Origin: an uncultured virus (IMG/VR IMGVR_UViG_3300016486_001479)
Taxonomy: Duplodnaviria > Heunggongvirae > Uroviricota > Caudoviricetes
Length of the DNA stretch: 36,099 bases
Virus record (IMG/VR): IMGVR_UViG_3300016486_001479
Reading direction: 5' to 3' (one strand)
Positions 9,518-20,156 of this stretch are shown here, one piece after another. How positions within the stretch are numbered: the first letter of the stretch is position 1; the number at the start of each line of letters is the position of its first letter. The notes under the pieces are model-generated. The model worked only from the letters and a program-made list of their open reading frames with translations, did no database searches and had not been told where the DNA came from. The translations under genes and the position numbers were made by a program.

Positions 9518-12500
9518 ATGGCACAAGAAAGCAATAATAGTATATTTCAAAGAGTCTATGACGCTGTTAACAATAACAAGCGACGCACTCCTCCTATGGA
9601 CGCACAAGGGCAACCGCCTGGAATATCCACTCCCTCGCAAGGTCTTTTTGGTTCATTAGAGGATTTTCAACAGCAGTACCTTGATTGGCAAGTAAATAAA
9701 ATCAGTCATGACCTATACACCAGAACTATTTATTATGACACAGACCGTGTCAATTCTTATCATGATTATCGTGCAATGGACCAGTCTCCAGAGGTGTCTG
9801 CCGCATTAGATATAATTCGAGACGAATGTCTCACAAGAAACGAGCGTGGAAACATTTTAGAGGTTTATAGCTCCAATGATAGAATCAAATCTAAGTTAGA
9901 TGATTTATTCCATAACAGAATGAATATCGATTACAATTTGAGTTTATGGATTAGAGACCTTATTAAGTATGGAGATTATTTCGTTCACTTACATGTCCAT
10001 AAAGACGAAGGTATTTATGACTTCATGACTCTTCCTCAAGAAGAAATTCACCGTGAAGAAGGATTCGATGGAACAGCAAGTTCTGTACGTTTCCGCTGGG
10101 AAACAACGCAAGATTACTTTGAATCGTGGCAGGTTGCCCATTTCAGGCTTATTGAGGATACTAGAAAACTTCCTTACGGACGGTGCTTGAAGCACGACAC
10201 TTATATAGAGACAAGTACAGGGTATAAGTTTATAAAAGATATAGAGAAAGGAGATTTAGTTTTTTCATTTAACTCTGACACACAAAAAAAAGAAGTCACA
10301 AAAGTCTTAGATACAATTTGTTCTGGTGAAAAAGAAATTATAAAGATTAGAACAAAGAATAATGAAATAGAAACCTCTGAGGAGCACAGTTTTATGGTGT
10401 ACGAGGATGGTGGGTTCGTATACAAACAAGTTGACGATTTAAGATTAGGAAATCTGCTTGTTATAGATTCTGGAGAAAACCCTTCAGGGGTAGATATTTT
10501 TTTAAATAAAGAACTAAAAGAAGAGAGAAACTTCAACGGATATAAAAACAACATTGATTTAATCCCTGATGTTGTTGATGTTGATTTTGCAAGGCTATGG
10601 GGTTTTTTACTAGGAGATGGATGGGTTTTTAACGATTCTGTTTTTTTTGCACGAGGTATTGACGAATCTTTAAATAAAAAATACGCTTCACTTTTGAAGA
10701 AGTTTTCAGGAAAAGACACTATAAACCTTAAAAACGCAAATTTAGAGGGTAGTTTAGAATTTTCTCAAACAGTATGTAACTCAAAGTTGCTTTCTTATAT
10801 TCTCGAAAATAACGGGTTTAAAGGAAATGTTTATATTAAAAGATTGCCTAGTTGGATTTTTGAGGCGTCATTAGAAATAAGAGAAGCTTTAATAGAAGGC
10901 ATTATAGACGCTGATGGTTCTGTAAATATTGACGAGTGGAACTGTAAAAGATACACAATAGAATTAGCAAATGAAATTTTAGTAAAAGACTTAAAAACGC
11001 TATTACAATCAATAGGTAGAAAGACTGGCAAAATCTGTTCAAGAGATAGAAGTTCTGTTGTTTTTTGGGGAAAAGAATACAAAAGAAAGAAAAGTTTCTA
11101 CTTCTACTTTTATGACTCTAAAATTAAACAAGCAGCAAAACATGAGTTATCAAATAGGATTAATAGTGGTTTCATCTTATCTCCAATCATCTCTATTGAG
11201 AACTCTGAAAAAGCAGAGCAGGTTTATGATATCCACGTAGAGCATGAACACCATAATTTCTATGCGAATGGGATAGTCGTTCACAACTCTATCTTAGACC
11301 CTGCTAGAAAACTTTGGAAGCAACTACAGCTCGCTGAGGACTCAATGTTGGTCTATAGAATCACAAGAGCTCCAGAGCGTAGAATATTCTACATTGAGGT
11401 AGGCAACTTGGAGGATGCTGATGTTAAGCAATACATGCAGCGTATCCAAAAGCAAGTTAAAAAACAGCCTATTGTGAATCAGAACGACGGCAATATGAGT
11501 TATCGTTATGACCCAATGAATATCTCGGAAGATTATTTTATTCCAGTTCGTGGTGACAAGAGCACAAAAATTGACACACTTCCTGGAGCTTGTTTGGCTC
11601 TAGATACTAAAATCAACCTTCTTGATGGTCGAAGCCTTGAGCTTCAGAAATCATTAAAGAGCGTGATGAAGGAAAACAGCTTTGGACTTACAGTATAAAT
11701 CCAGAAACTGGAGTAATAGTTCCAGGAAAAATTACATGGGCTGGAGTTACTCGTAAAGACGCTAAAGTAATGAAATTGACTTTTGACAACGGAGAGTCTG
11801 TTATTGTTACACCTGACCACAAGTTCCCTACTCGTTTTAAAGGTATACAAGAAGCACAAAATCTTGAAGAAGGAGATTCTATGTGGAGTTTTGAGAAGAG
11901 GTTTCAGAAGATTTTCAAAAACAAACCTAAAGCTAAAACATATGAACAAGTGTGGGACCACCAAAGCAAATCCTGGGAGTATACACATCGTATGGTTCAT
12001 AATTACATGTATGAGCGCAATTTGCACAAGGAACATGTTTATCAAAAAAATGTGGAAAACAAAAACGTGATTCATCATTATGATTTTGACCGATACAATA
12101 ATTCTCCAGAGAATTTAAAATTAATGAATTTCCATGACCATGTTATGCTTCATCAATCTATGTATGCTTCTTATAAAAAAGAGCGTAAAGAAGGTAGAAA
12201 TAAGTATTGGGATAATATCTCTGAGAAAGAATTAGAATCTAAAAGAGTAGTAGCACGAATCAACTTAGAAAAAGCAACAGAACGAATTCAAGAGCTACTG
12301 CAAGATGAAGATTTTAAAGCTGATTTTGAAAAGAAACGAATAGCTGGATATCGTAAAGCAAGAAAAACATCTTCTTCTCGTCTAAAATCATCTANNNNNN
12401 NNNNNNNNNNNNNNNNNNNNNNNNNNNNNNNNNNNNNNNNNNNNNNNNNNNNNNNNNNNNNNNNNNNNNNNNNNNNNNNNNNNNNNNNNNNNNNNNNNNN

Positions 12501-14319
12501 NNNNNNNNNNNNNNNNNNNNNNNNNNNNNNNNNNNNNNNNNNNNNNNNNNNNNNNNNNNNNNNNNNNNNNNNNNNNNNNNNNNNNNNNNNNNNNNNNNNN
12601 NNNNNNNNNNNNNNNNNNNNNNNNNNNNNNNNNNNNNNNNNNNNNNNNNNNNNNNNNNNNNNNNNNNNNNNNNNNNNNNNNNNNNNNNNNNNNNNNNNNN
12701 NNNNNNNNNNNNNNNNNNNNNNNNNNNNNNNNNNNNNNNNNNNNNNNNNNNNNNNNNNNNNNNNNNNNNNNNNNNNNNNNNNNNNNNNNNNNNNNNNNNN
12801 NNNNNNNNNNNNNNNNNNNNNNNNNNNNNNNNNNNNNNNNNNNNNNNNNNNNNNNNNNNNNNNNNNNNNNNNNNNNNNNNNNNNNNNNNNNNNNNNNNNN
12901 NNNNNNNNNNNNNNNNNNNNNNNNNNNNNNNNNNNNNNNNNNNNNNNNNNNNNNNNNNNNNNNNNNNNNNNNNNNNNNNNNNNNNNNNNNNNNNNNNNNN
13001 NNNNNNNNNNNNNNNNNNNNNNNNNNNNNNNNNNNNNNNNNNNNNNNNNNNNNNNNNNNNNNNNNNNNNNNNNNNNNNNNNNNNNNNNNNNNNNNNNNNN
13101 NNNNNNNNNNNNNNNNNNNNNNNNNNNNNNNNNNNNNNNNNNNNNNNNNNNNNNNNNNNNNNNNNNNNNNNNNNNNNNNNNNNNNNNNNNNNNNNNNNNN
13201 NNNNNNNNNNNNNNNNNNNNNNNNNNNNNNNNNNNNNNNNNNNNNNNNNNNNNNNNNNNNNNNNNNNNNNNNNNNNNNNNNNNNNNNNNNNNNNNNNNNN
13301 NNNNNNNNNNNNNNNNNNNNNNNNNNNNNNNNNNNNNNNNNNNNNNNNNNNNNNNNNNNNNNNNNNNNNNTCACTTAGCGTTTCTTGGGCATGAAGACGA
13401 GATTAATGATTTTGATTTAAAACTCACAAACCCTTCTACTCAACAAGAGCTGTTGAAGCTAGAGACGATGAAATCTCGACTTGAAGTATTTACATTGTTT
13501 GTGTCACAAGATATCTACTCACCTGCTTCTTACACTTGGGGTATGAAATACATTCTTGGATTTTCTGAAAAGGATATCAAGAAAATGCTTCGTCAGAAAA
13601 AAGTTGAAAGGAAACTGTTTACGGAGATTGAATTTGCTCCGCAGACATACAAAAAGATTGGATTGTTCAAAGATTTGGATGATAAATTTGAAATCCCAGG
13701 AGCAGCAGAAGCACTCCAAAACGCTGAGAACGAAGATTTAATGGGAGATGACGGCGGCGGCGGCGGCGGAGGCTTTGGCGGAGGAGGAGACTCGCTGGCT
13801 GGAGACCCATCTGGAGACCTTGATATGGGAGGTGGAGATGAAGTTGGAGGCGATGCAGGAGGAGCGCCTCCAGTAAGTGATAGCGAGCCTATATCAGAAA
13901 CTAAAAGAGAACGCATTTGGGAAGGTCACAACAAGCGTGTTGATAGTGCAATTGATGACTTGCTTAAAGAGCTTGAGGAAACCGATGAAGAAGTATTTAC
14001 GGAAGAAAGCGAGGAAGAAAAGAAAGACAGAGAAAAAAACGTTTTGTTTAAATCAAACGAAGAATTTATCAGTCAGACTGATAAAATGATTAGTGAGATA
14101 AAGGGAAATTTAAAAGAATCTGAGAAAAATATTGAAAATTACATTATACCAAAAGGAGTAATAAAAGAAAGAGTTCAAGGAAACCCTCTTGTCTCTACCA
14201 GTAATGATTTAGCAAGAAAAGCTAGAGATATAATGGATGAGATTGACCAAATAATATCTGAAACTGGGCAAAATTCTGATATGGAAATAATTGAAGAAGA
14301 CTATGACGAGGAAGAGTAA
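9518..14319 (+). CDS. Portal protein (T4 gp20-like) with two inteins; one frameshift and one gap
   Basis: PEVSAALDIIRDE, KYGDYF, AHFRL..., PYGR|SILDPARK, EDSMLVYRITRAPERRIFYIEVG, EDYFIPVRG and IDTLPGA. After the gap, HLAFLG...FDLKLTNPS is followed by an acidic tail. Confidence 0.93.
10184..11287 (+). mobile_element. Portal intein 1 (368 aa) with LAGLIDADG endonuclease
   Basis: Starts CLKHDTYI, block B TSEEH, LAGLIDADG helices WGFLLGDG and EGIIDADG, ends NFYANGIVVHN with +1 Ser. Removal restores PYGR-SIL. Confidence 0.96.
11591..12394 (+). mobile_element. Portal intein 2 with HNH endonuclease (3' end in gap)
   Basis: Starts CLALDTKINLLDG. After a -1 shift at about 11644 it reads SEIIKE...WTYSINPETG...VTPDHKF (block B), then HNH motif HRMV...VIHH.DFD..NN..ENL...H...H. 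Confidence 0.9.
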
Positions 14320-14557
14320 GTTTGATGAACACTCAAATGTTAATGACACGTACAGTGTAAAGCGTAAACTAGCGAAGATTATAGAGGAACTAGAGGACCT
14401 TTATTCTACTGATGTAACTAAATTTTACAGCTACCGAAAAACGAAATCGGCGGGAACGAGAAGTCGTTCCCGCCTTCGGCGTATACATGCTGCTTTAAAA
14501 GATTTATCTAGAGACATTCTGAAGCAACGACAAGACTACGACTCAGATTACGAATAA
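14303..14557 (+). CDS. Histone H1-like (Hc1 family) small basic protein
   Basis: DVTKFY...KSAGTRSRSRL......LKDLSRDI matches the D..KFY...K.AGTR.RK.L..L.. pattern I recall for Bacteroidota/Chlamydia Hc1-family proteins. Confidence 0.7.
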   Translation: MTRKSKFDEHSNVNDTYSVKRKLAKIIEELEDLYSTDVTKFYSYRKTKSAGTRSRSRLRRIHAALKDLSRDILKQRQDYDSDYE

Positions 14558-14735
14558 CTTGTCAATCAACGTCGGTATGATTATGTTGATGAATGACAAC
14601 ACGAGCTCCAAACTGGGATTACAACGGCTATCCAACAATAAATTTAAGTAGTCTCACGACAGGCTAAACAGCTGTTAATTAGTATAATTAACCCTTCAAT
14701 CCTCATAGATTCAATGAATTAGTTTTAAACTAAAG

Positions 14736-14767
14736 TTGGATTATAACTTAAAATTGAATTATATTTG
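14736..14767 (+). promoter_or_regulatory. Bacteroidota primary-sigma-type promoter upstream of dnaE
   Basis: TTG (14736-38), 21-nt spacer, TATATTTG (14760-67); matches the -33 TTG / -7 TAnnTTTG consensus. Confidence 0.65.
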
Positions 14768-14793
14768 CTTCGGCAACACACTAATTCAACAAC

Positions 14794-16983
14794 ATGTATA
14801 TAGTCTTCGATACAGAGACTACTGGCAGGCCAAAACGGTTTAACGCACCTTGGACAGATGCAGATAACTGGCCTCGACTAGTACAGTTAGCCTGGGTTGA
14901 ATATGCACAAGACGGCAGCGAAATATCCAGGCACGACCTTATAATTAAACCTGAAGGATACAACATTCCTCACGAAGTCGTTCAAATACACGGCATATCA
15001 AACGAAAAGGCGCACGCAGAAGGAATTTCTATGCTTGATGCCTTAAATCAGTTTAAAATTGCTCTAGAGCGTAACTATTACCTCATAGCACATAATATCA
15101 ATTTTGACCTTGGAATTATGGGGTGTGAATTTCATCGAGCATCGATGAGTCACAATCTAGCTTCAATATTTCCCGTTGACACGATGAAGCTTACAATTGA
15201 CTTTTGTAAATTAAGGGGTCGTCGGGGTTATAAATTTCCAAAACTTATTGAGCTCCATAATAAGCTTTTTGGGAAAGATTTTTTAGGTGCTCACAACGCA
15301 TTTTTCGATGTGCAAGCAACCGCTAAATGTTTTTTTGAACTTCAACGGCTTGGCATTTTCGGATTTAAAGAACTTCCTTCCGATTCCTCTAATGGGTTTT
15401 CTTCTGAGAGTGTTGCCCACGTATCGGTATCCCCAGAAGAGGAAGCTAAGCCGTTAGTTCATTTCTCTTGTCACACTCACTATAGCTTGCTTCGTGGCTC
15501 AGGTAGTATTGATAATTATCTTAAGCGTGCTAAAGAACTAGGGCACACATCTCTCGCTGTTATTGATGTCGAAACCATGTCAGGCAGTCTAGAGTTGTCA
15601 CAGAAAGCTGAAAAATACGGAATCAAGCCAATATTTGGAATTGAAATCTATCTCAACGATACTGTTGGCTCCGAAGAGTCAGAAAAAGGTGGATACCCAA
15701 TAAAAATCATTGTTAAAAACCAAGTGGGTTTTGTAAACCTTAATAAGCTGATATTTAAATCTCATTCAGAAGGTTTTGATGGGATGTATTCTCGTATTCA
15801 CACTGATTGGTTAATTGAGAACAAAGAAGGTTTGATTGTTACCACTGGAAACTACCAAGGATATCTCGCAAGTTTGTTTTTTAAAGGACAAAAGACGGCA
15901 GCTTCTAAATATTGGGAACGATTACAAAAAGCATTTGGCCCAGATTATATCGCAGAAATTAAGTTTTCAGAGATTGGTGAGCAAAAGCGATTTAACAACT
16001 TTGTTTTAAAAATGGCATCCGCCACGAAGGCAATGGTGATTTTAGATAATGATGTTCATTATGTTAAGCAAAAAGAAGCGTCTTTGCAAGACACTGTTTC
16101 CGCTATAAAACAACAAATAGGGATGGATAAGTGTCGTTTAGAGGAACGAAGAAATCTGTATTATTTGTCGAGAAAAGACTACTATGTTCTGAATTCAAAA
16201 TTTGGATACAATTACCCGCACAACATTCTACAGATATTCATGGATAACACTTTGAAGCTGGCTGAGCGTTGCAATTTTGAATTTGAAGTAGGGGTTGAAA
16301 AATACCCTCGTTACGAACCAACGAAAGACATTATAGATTGGGCAGGAGCAGAGGACACGGAAACCATTATCACAAAGATGGCTTTTGCGAAACTCAAGCA
16401 AAAGCTCGGACGTAAGTTTACCAAAGGAAAATTACAACAAACACAAGAGGTTGTAGATGAGTACACAAATAGACTCCATTACGAGTTAAAAGTAATTAAG
16501 GACAAGAAGATGCTTGACTACTTCCTTGTAAACTGGGAAATTATTCGAGATTATAAGAAAAGAGGTTTTGAAATTGGAAGTGGAAGAGGCTCTGCAGCTG
16601 GTTCTTTATTAGCATGGTGTCTTGACATCACTAAGATTGACCCTATTCAATTCGGGCTGTATTTTGAGCGTTTTTTGAATCCAGCACGTAATTGCGTTAC
16701 TGAAGATGGGCTGGTGTTGATGAAAGATGGCTCACTGAAACCTATCGGAGATATTGTTCCTGGGGACCCAGTTGAAACAGAATCAGGCAACGGCGTTTTG
16801 GTTCAAGTGCATAAGCGAGATATCACACCAGCTGATGAGGTGTTTGAGATTGAAACTGAAGATTCCATCATTGTAAAATTGACGGGGAATCACATTGTAC
16901 CTGTGATGCGCAAAGGAGAGCGTGTTGATATTCGCGTGGATGAGTTATTAGAGACAGATAAAATGTTAATACGAAAATTATGA
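14794..16983 (+). CDS. dnaE: DNA polymerase III alpha fragment 1: DEDDh exonuclease + PHP + start of palm + intein N-half
   Basis: FDTETTG, AHNINFD and HNAFFD (DnaQ); HTHYSLL and NDVHY (PHP); GRGSAAGSL...ITKIDP...FERFLNP; then an intein N-half. Confidence 0.95.
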   Translation: MYIVFDTETTGRPKRFNAPWTDADNWPRLVQLAWVEYAQDGSEISRHDLIIKPEGYNIPHEVVQIHGISNEKAHAEGISMLDALNQFKIALERNYYLIAHNINFDLGIMGCEFHRASMSHNLASIFPVDTMKLTIDFCKLRGRRGYKFPKLIELHNKLFGKDFLGAHNAFFDVQATAKCFFELQRLGIFGFKELPSDSSNGFSSESVAHVSVSPEEEAKPLVHFSCHTHYSLLRGSGSIDNYLKRAKELGHTSLAVIDVETMSGSLELSQKAEKYGIKPIFGIEIYLNDTVGSEESEKGGYPIKIIVKNQVGFVNLNKLIFKSHSEGFDGMYSRIHTDWLIENKEGLIVTTGNYQGYLASLFFKGQKTAASKYWERLQKAFGPDYIAEIKFSEIGEQKRFNNFVLKMASATKAMVILDNDVHYVKQKEASLQDTVSAIKQQIGMDKCRLEERRNLYYLSRKDYYVLNSKFGYNYPHNILQIFMDNTLKLAERCNFEFEVGVEKYPRYEPTKDIIDWAGAEDTETIITKMAFAKLKQKLGRKFTKGKLQQTQEVVDEYTNRLHYELKVIKDKKMLDYFLVNWEIIRDYKKRGFEIGSGRGSAAGSLLAWCLDITKIDPIQFGLYFERFLNPARNCVTEDGLVLMKDGSLKPIGDIVPGDPVETESGNGVLVQVHKRDITPADEVFEIETEDSIIVKLTGNHIVPVMRKGERVDIRVDELLETDKMLIRKL
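16693..16980 (+). mobile_element. Intein N-half 1 (96 aa), apparently split
   Basis: CVTEDGLVLM..G..KPI.DI.PGD.V, block B LTGNH, then a stop (TGA) with ATGA overlap to the next ORF. Confidence 0.85.
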
Positions 16984-17221
16984 TAGTACAAGGAAGTAGA
17001 GATATTAATTTTAAAGGTATGTGTCAAGAAGGTTCTAAACTTATAATTCCAGCTTGGCAAAAACCAACAGAATGGGATAAGCAGGTGAGAATATTCTTAG
17101 ACCACATTATAATGTCAATGTCTTCCAATAAAGGCTCTCATGATATTGGAAGAATTAACGCGAGAGATACCCACAAAATACCCTCTAATGAGAAGGGGTG
17201 GTTTGACAATATTGATGAAAG
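16980..17221 (+). CDS. Intervening ORF in the first dnaE break, DUF262 (GmrS/ParB-like)-like N-terminus; runs into gap
   Basis: LIIPAWQKPTEWDKQVRIFLDHII...HDIGRI resembles the DUF262 IP.YQR.Y.W...v..L.d.i...h.lG.i block; it is neither intein-C nor DnaE sequence. Confidence 0.45.
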
Positions 17222-17772
17222 NNNNNNNNNNNNNNNNNNNNNNNNNNNNNNNNNNNNNNNNNNNNNNNNNNNNNNNNNNNNNNNNNNNNNNNNNNNNNNN
17301 NNNNNNNNNNNNNNNNNNNNNNNNNNNNNNNNNNNNNNNNNNNNNNNNNNNNNNNNNNNNNNNNNNNNNNNNNNNNNNNNNNNNNNNNNNNNNNNNNNNN
17401 NNNNNNNNNNNNNNNNNNNNNNNNNNNNNNNNNNNNNNNNNNNNNNNNNNNNNNNNNNNNNNNNNNNNNNNNNNNNNNNNNNNNNNNNNNNNNNNNNNNN
17501 NNNNNNNNNNNNNNNNNNNNNNNNNNNNNNNNNNNNNNNNNNNNNNNNNNNNNNNNNNNNNNNNNNNNNNNNNNNNNNNNNNNNNNNNNNNNNNNNNNNN
17601 NNNNNNNNNNNNNNNNNNNNNNNNNNNNNNNNNNNNNNNNNNNNNNNNNNNNNNNNNNNNNNNNNNNNNNNNNNNNNNNNNNNNNNNNNNNNNNNNNNNN
17701 NNNNNNNNNNNNNNNNNNNNNNNNNNNNNNNNNNNNNNNNNNNNNNNNNNNNNNNNNNNNNNNNNNNNNNNN

Positions 17773-19133
17773 CTAAATGGAATGAAAGAGGATGTTTGAA
17801 GGACGTTGTTCGTGCACACCGTGGGCCAGAAGCAACAGGAACTGAATCGGATGTAGCTCAAATCACTAAAGAGATGCCGAAGTTCGACAAAGTCGAATAC
17901 AACTTGGCTTGGTGGTTAGAAAACCATGCTCAGTCAGATGATTGCAGTCCACTCGTACAAAGATGGCTTACTGATTCATCCAACAAAGTAATTATAGAAC
18001 AAACACTGGCTCTTCAGGGTCAAGTGAGAGGTTTTGGTAAACACGCCGCTGGAGTTGTTATTACTCCTGGGCCTTCTTGGGACTACCTCCCAACAAATAT
18101 GATTGTCTCTAATAAATCAATTGTATCAGCATATCAAGAGGGGGACCGCTCTGGAAAAGACTTGAGTTATCTTGGGATATTGAAGCTTGACCGTTTGAAA
18201 GTGTCAACAATTAATATCATCATGGATTGTATCAAGATGGTTAAGGATGGTGAAAAGATTGATTTGTTCGATACAATAATGAATATTGATGAGCAGTTTG
18301 ATGACCAAAACCTTTACAAGGAGTTAATGCTTGGTCAGAACCACGGTATATTCCAATTTGAATCGCCAGGCATGAACGCTTTGATTCGAGGACTCAACGT
18401 TGAGAACTTTGAAGAAATGGCTGCTTGTAATGCTCTTTATCGACCAGGCCCAATGGGAATTGGAGCCCACCGTCAATACGTTGATAACAAGAGGTTCCCA
18501 GGACAGATTGAATTTCCATCTGATTTGATAAAGCCAATATTAGAAAAAACTAACGGTGTACTGGTGTTTCAGGAGCAAATTCAATTTATCGCAAAAGAGA
18601 TAGCGGGAATGGATTTAGGAGAGGGTGATAACTTGCGTCGTGCACTTGATAAAGCTGCGAAGCTTATAAAAAAAACAAACCAAGGAGAAGAACTCACTCA
18701 GGACGAAAAGGAAAGTAAGAACTATAAAGCTTACGAAGAGTATTGGAGTAAGTTTGTATCTGGAGCAGAGGAAAATGGTGTTCCGAAAGAAGAGGTTGAT
18801 AAAATCCTTTTATACCTTTCTGATTATCTAGGGTATTCGTTTAACAAATGTTTATCTGAAAACTGTGAAGTCACAGAAAAGGAAAAGGGAAAAATATCTC
18901 TTTTAAAAACTAGGCCAGGAGATATGATTTTAGGTTATAATCCAGACACGAAAAAAAATGAATGGGTTCCAGTGAAAGCTCGTCATAACAACGGTAAAAA
19001 GAAAGTTTATCGAATTAAGACAAGTAGTGGGAAAATTTTAGAATGCACTTTGGACCATAAAATAATGACTGAACAAGGTATGTTACCTCTGAAAGATATT
19101 ATTGAACAAAAGCTTTCTGTAAAAATAAACTAG
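17773..19133 (+). CDS. dnaE: DNA polymerase III alpha fragment 2 (start in gap) + intein N-half
   Basis: LKDVVR, GKHAAGVVI, GILKLD, GIFQFES.GM, ALYRPGPM, T.GVLVFQEQ, D.LRRA and GYSFNK, then an intein N-half. Confidence 0.95.
18849..19130 (+). mobile_element. Split intein N-half 2 (94 aa)
   Basis: CLSENCEV...GD.ILGY, block B CTLDH, followed by two in-frame stops (TAG TTT TAA). Confidence 0.95.
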
Positions 19134-19166
19134 TTTTAACAAATCTCAGTCTATATACTATATATT

Positions 19167-20156
19167 ATGAAAGTAAAAATCGATTTCAAAAAGGATATAG
19201 TGAATGGCGAAGATATTGATATGAAAAAATGGAGGGCAAAGTTGTCATTAGTTTTAATTAGACAAAACAACAACTACTACAATTCTGAGATATCAAATTA
19301 TTATCACAAAAGTGTTTATGGGAAGAGTTTGGTAGATTTGCTTCCAGAATCCATTACAACTCCTTTGTGTCCGATTACAGGAGATAAGCCTAGTTACAAA
19401 CTTCAAGGCTCTATTGTTTTCGGTAAATTTTCGAATAATTGTACTACAACAGAAACTGCTAAGTACGTGGCGGAAAATAATAAAGAATATAAACTTCACG
19501 TCGAAAGAATGAAGGAAGAACGCAAAGGAAAAGGAAACCCTATGTACGGTATAAAAGCTTGGAACAAAGGAAAAACTAAAGATAATAATGAAGTCATGAA
19601 AAAGCTTTCTGAGCGCAGAAAAGGCGTTGAATTCAGCAATGAAACACTTGAGCGCATGTCAGAGAGTGCTAAAAAAAGAGAAATACATGGTCATACTGGA
19701 TTTAAACATTCAGAAGAAACTAAACAGCGCCTTAGAGATATAACGATAGCTAGATACAAAAGTGGTGTCTATTCTCATGGTCAATCAAAACCTCATCTTG
19801 AGGTAAAGAGAATGCTAAGTGAACGATTTGGAAAAGATACTTATTCTGAATCAAATCACGCTAAAGAATTCAAAGGTACATGGGAAGAAGAGTTTTCTTG
19901 TTATGGTTATTCTTTTGACTTTAGAATAGGAAGCATTTTAATAGAAGTACAGGGAGATTTTTTTCATAGTAATCAAAATACAAGACATAGCGGGTGTACT
20001 CATGATGTTCAAATAAAGAACAAGAAAAGAGATATAAAAAAAAGGCATGCAGTTGAAAGTGACGGGAGTTTTCAGCTTATAGAATTGTGGGAGAATGATA
20101 TAATTAATAACGAGTCAATTATAAAAAACAAAATAAAATGTTTGAATCTATTATAG
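19167..20156 (+). CDS. Free-standing homing endonuclease: NUMOD3-type repeats + Vsr/DUF559-like (EDxHD) nuclease
   Basis: GKGNPMYG, AWNKG and GFKHSEETKQRL DNA-binding motifs. C-terminal FDF...IEVQGDFFH...RD..K...LWENDI. Lies between split intein halves. Confidence 0.88.
   Translation: MKVKIDFKKDIVNGEDIDMKKWRAKLSLVLIRQNNNYYNSEISNYYHKSVYGKSLVDLLPESITTPLCPITGDKPSYKLQGSIVFGKFSNNCTTTETAKYVAENNKEYKLHVERMKEERKGKGNPMYGIKAWNKGKTKDNNEVMKKLSERRKGVEFSNETLERMSESAKKREIHGHTGFKHSEETKQRLRDITIARYKSGVYSHGQSKPHLEVKRMLSERFGKDTYSESNHAKEFKGTWEEEFSCYGYSFDFRIGSILIEVQGDFFHSNQNTRHSGCTHDVQIKNKKRDIKKRHAVESDGSFQLIELWENDIINNESIIKNKIKCLNLL

Noticed and set aside
11640..11698. Portal intein 2 as a split or programmed-frameshift element
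   Set aside because: Adding one T (CTTCA to CTTTCA) restores a seamless intein. There is no slippery heptamer, and the essential portal must be intact; likely a homopolymer error. Check reads.
16980..19133. Single 717-aa ORF as given in the track
   Set aside because: Continuity runs through 551 Ns; the two sides are unrelated sequences.
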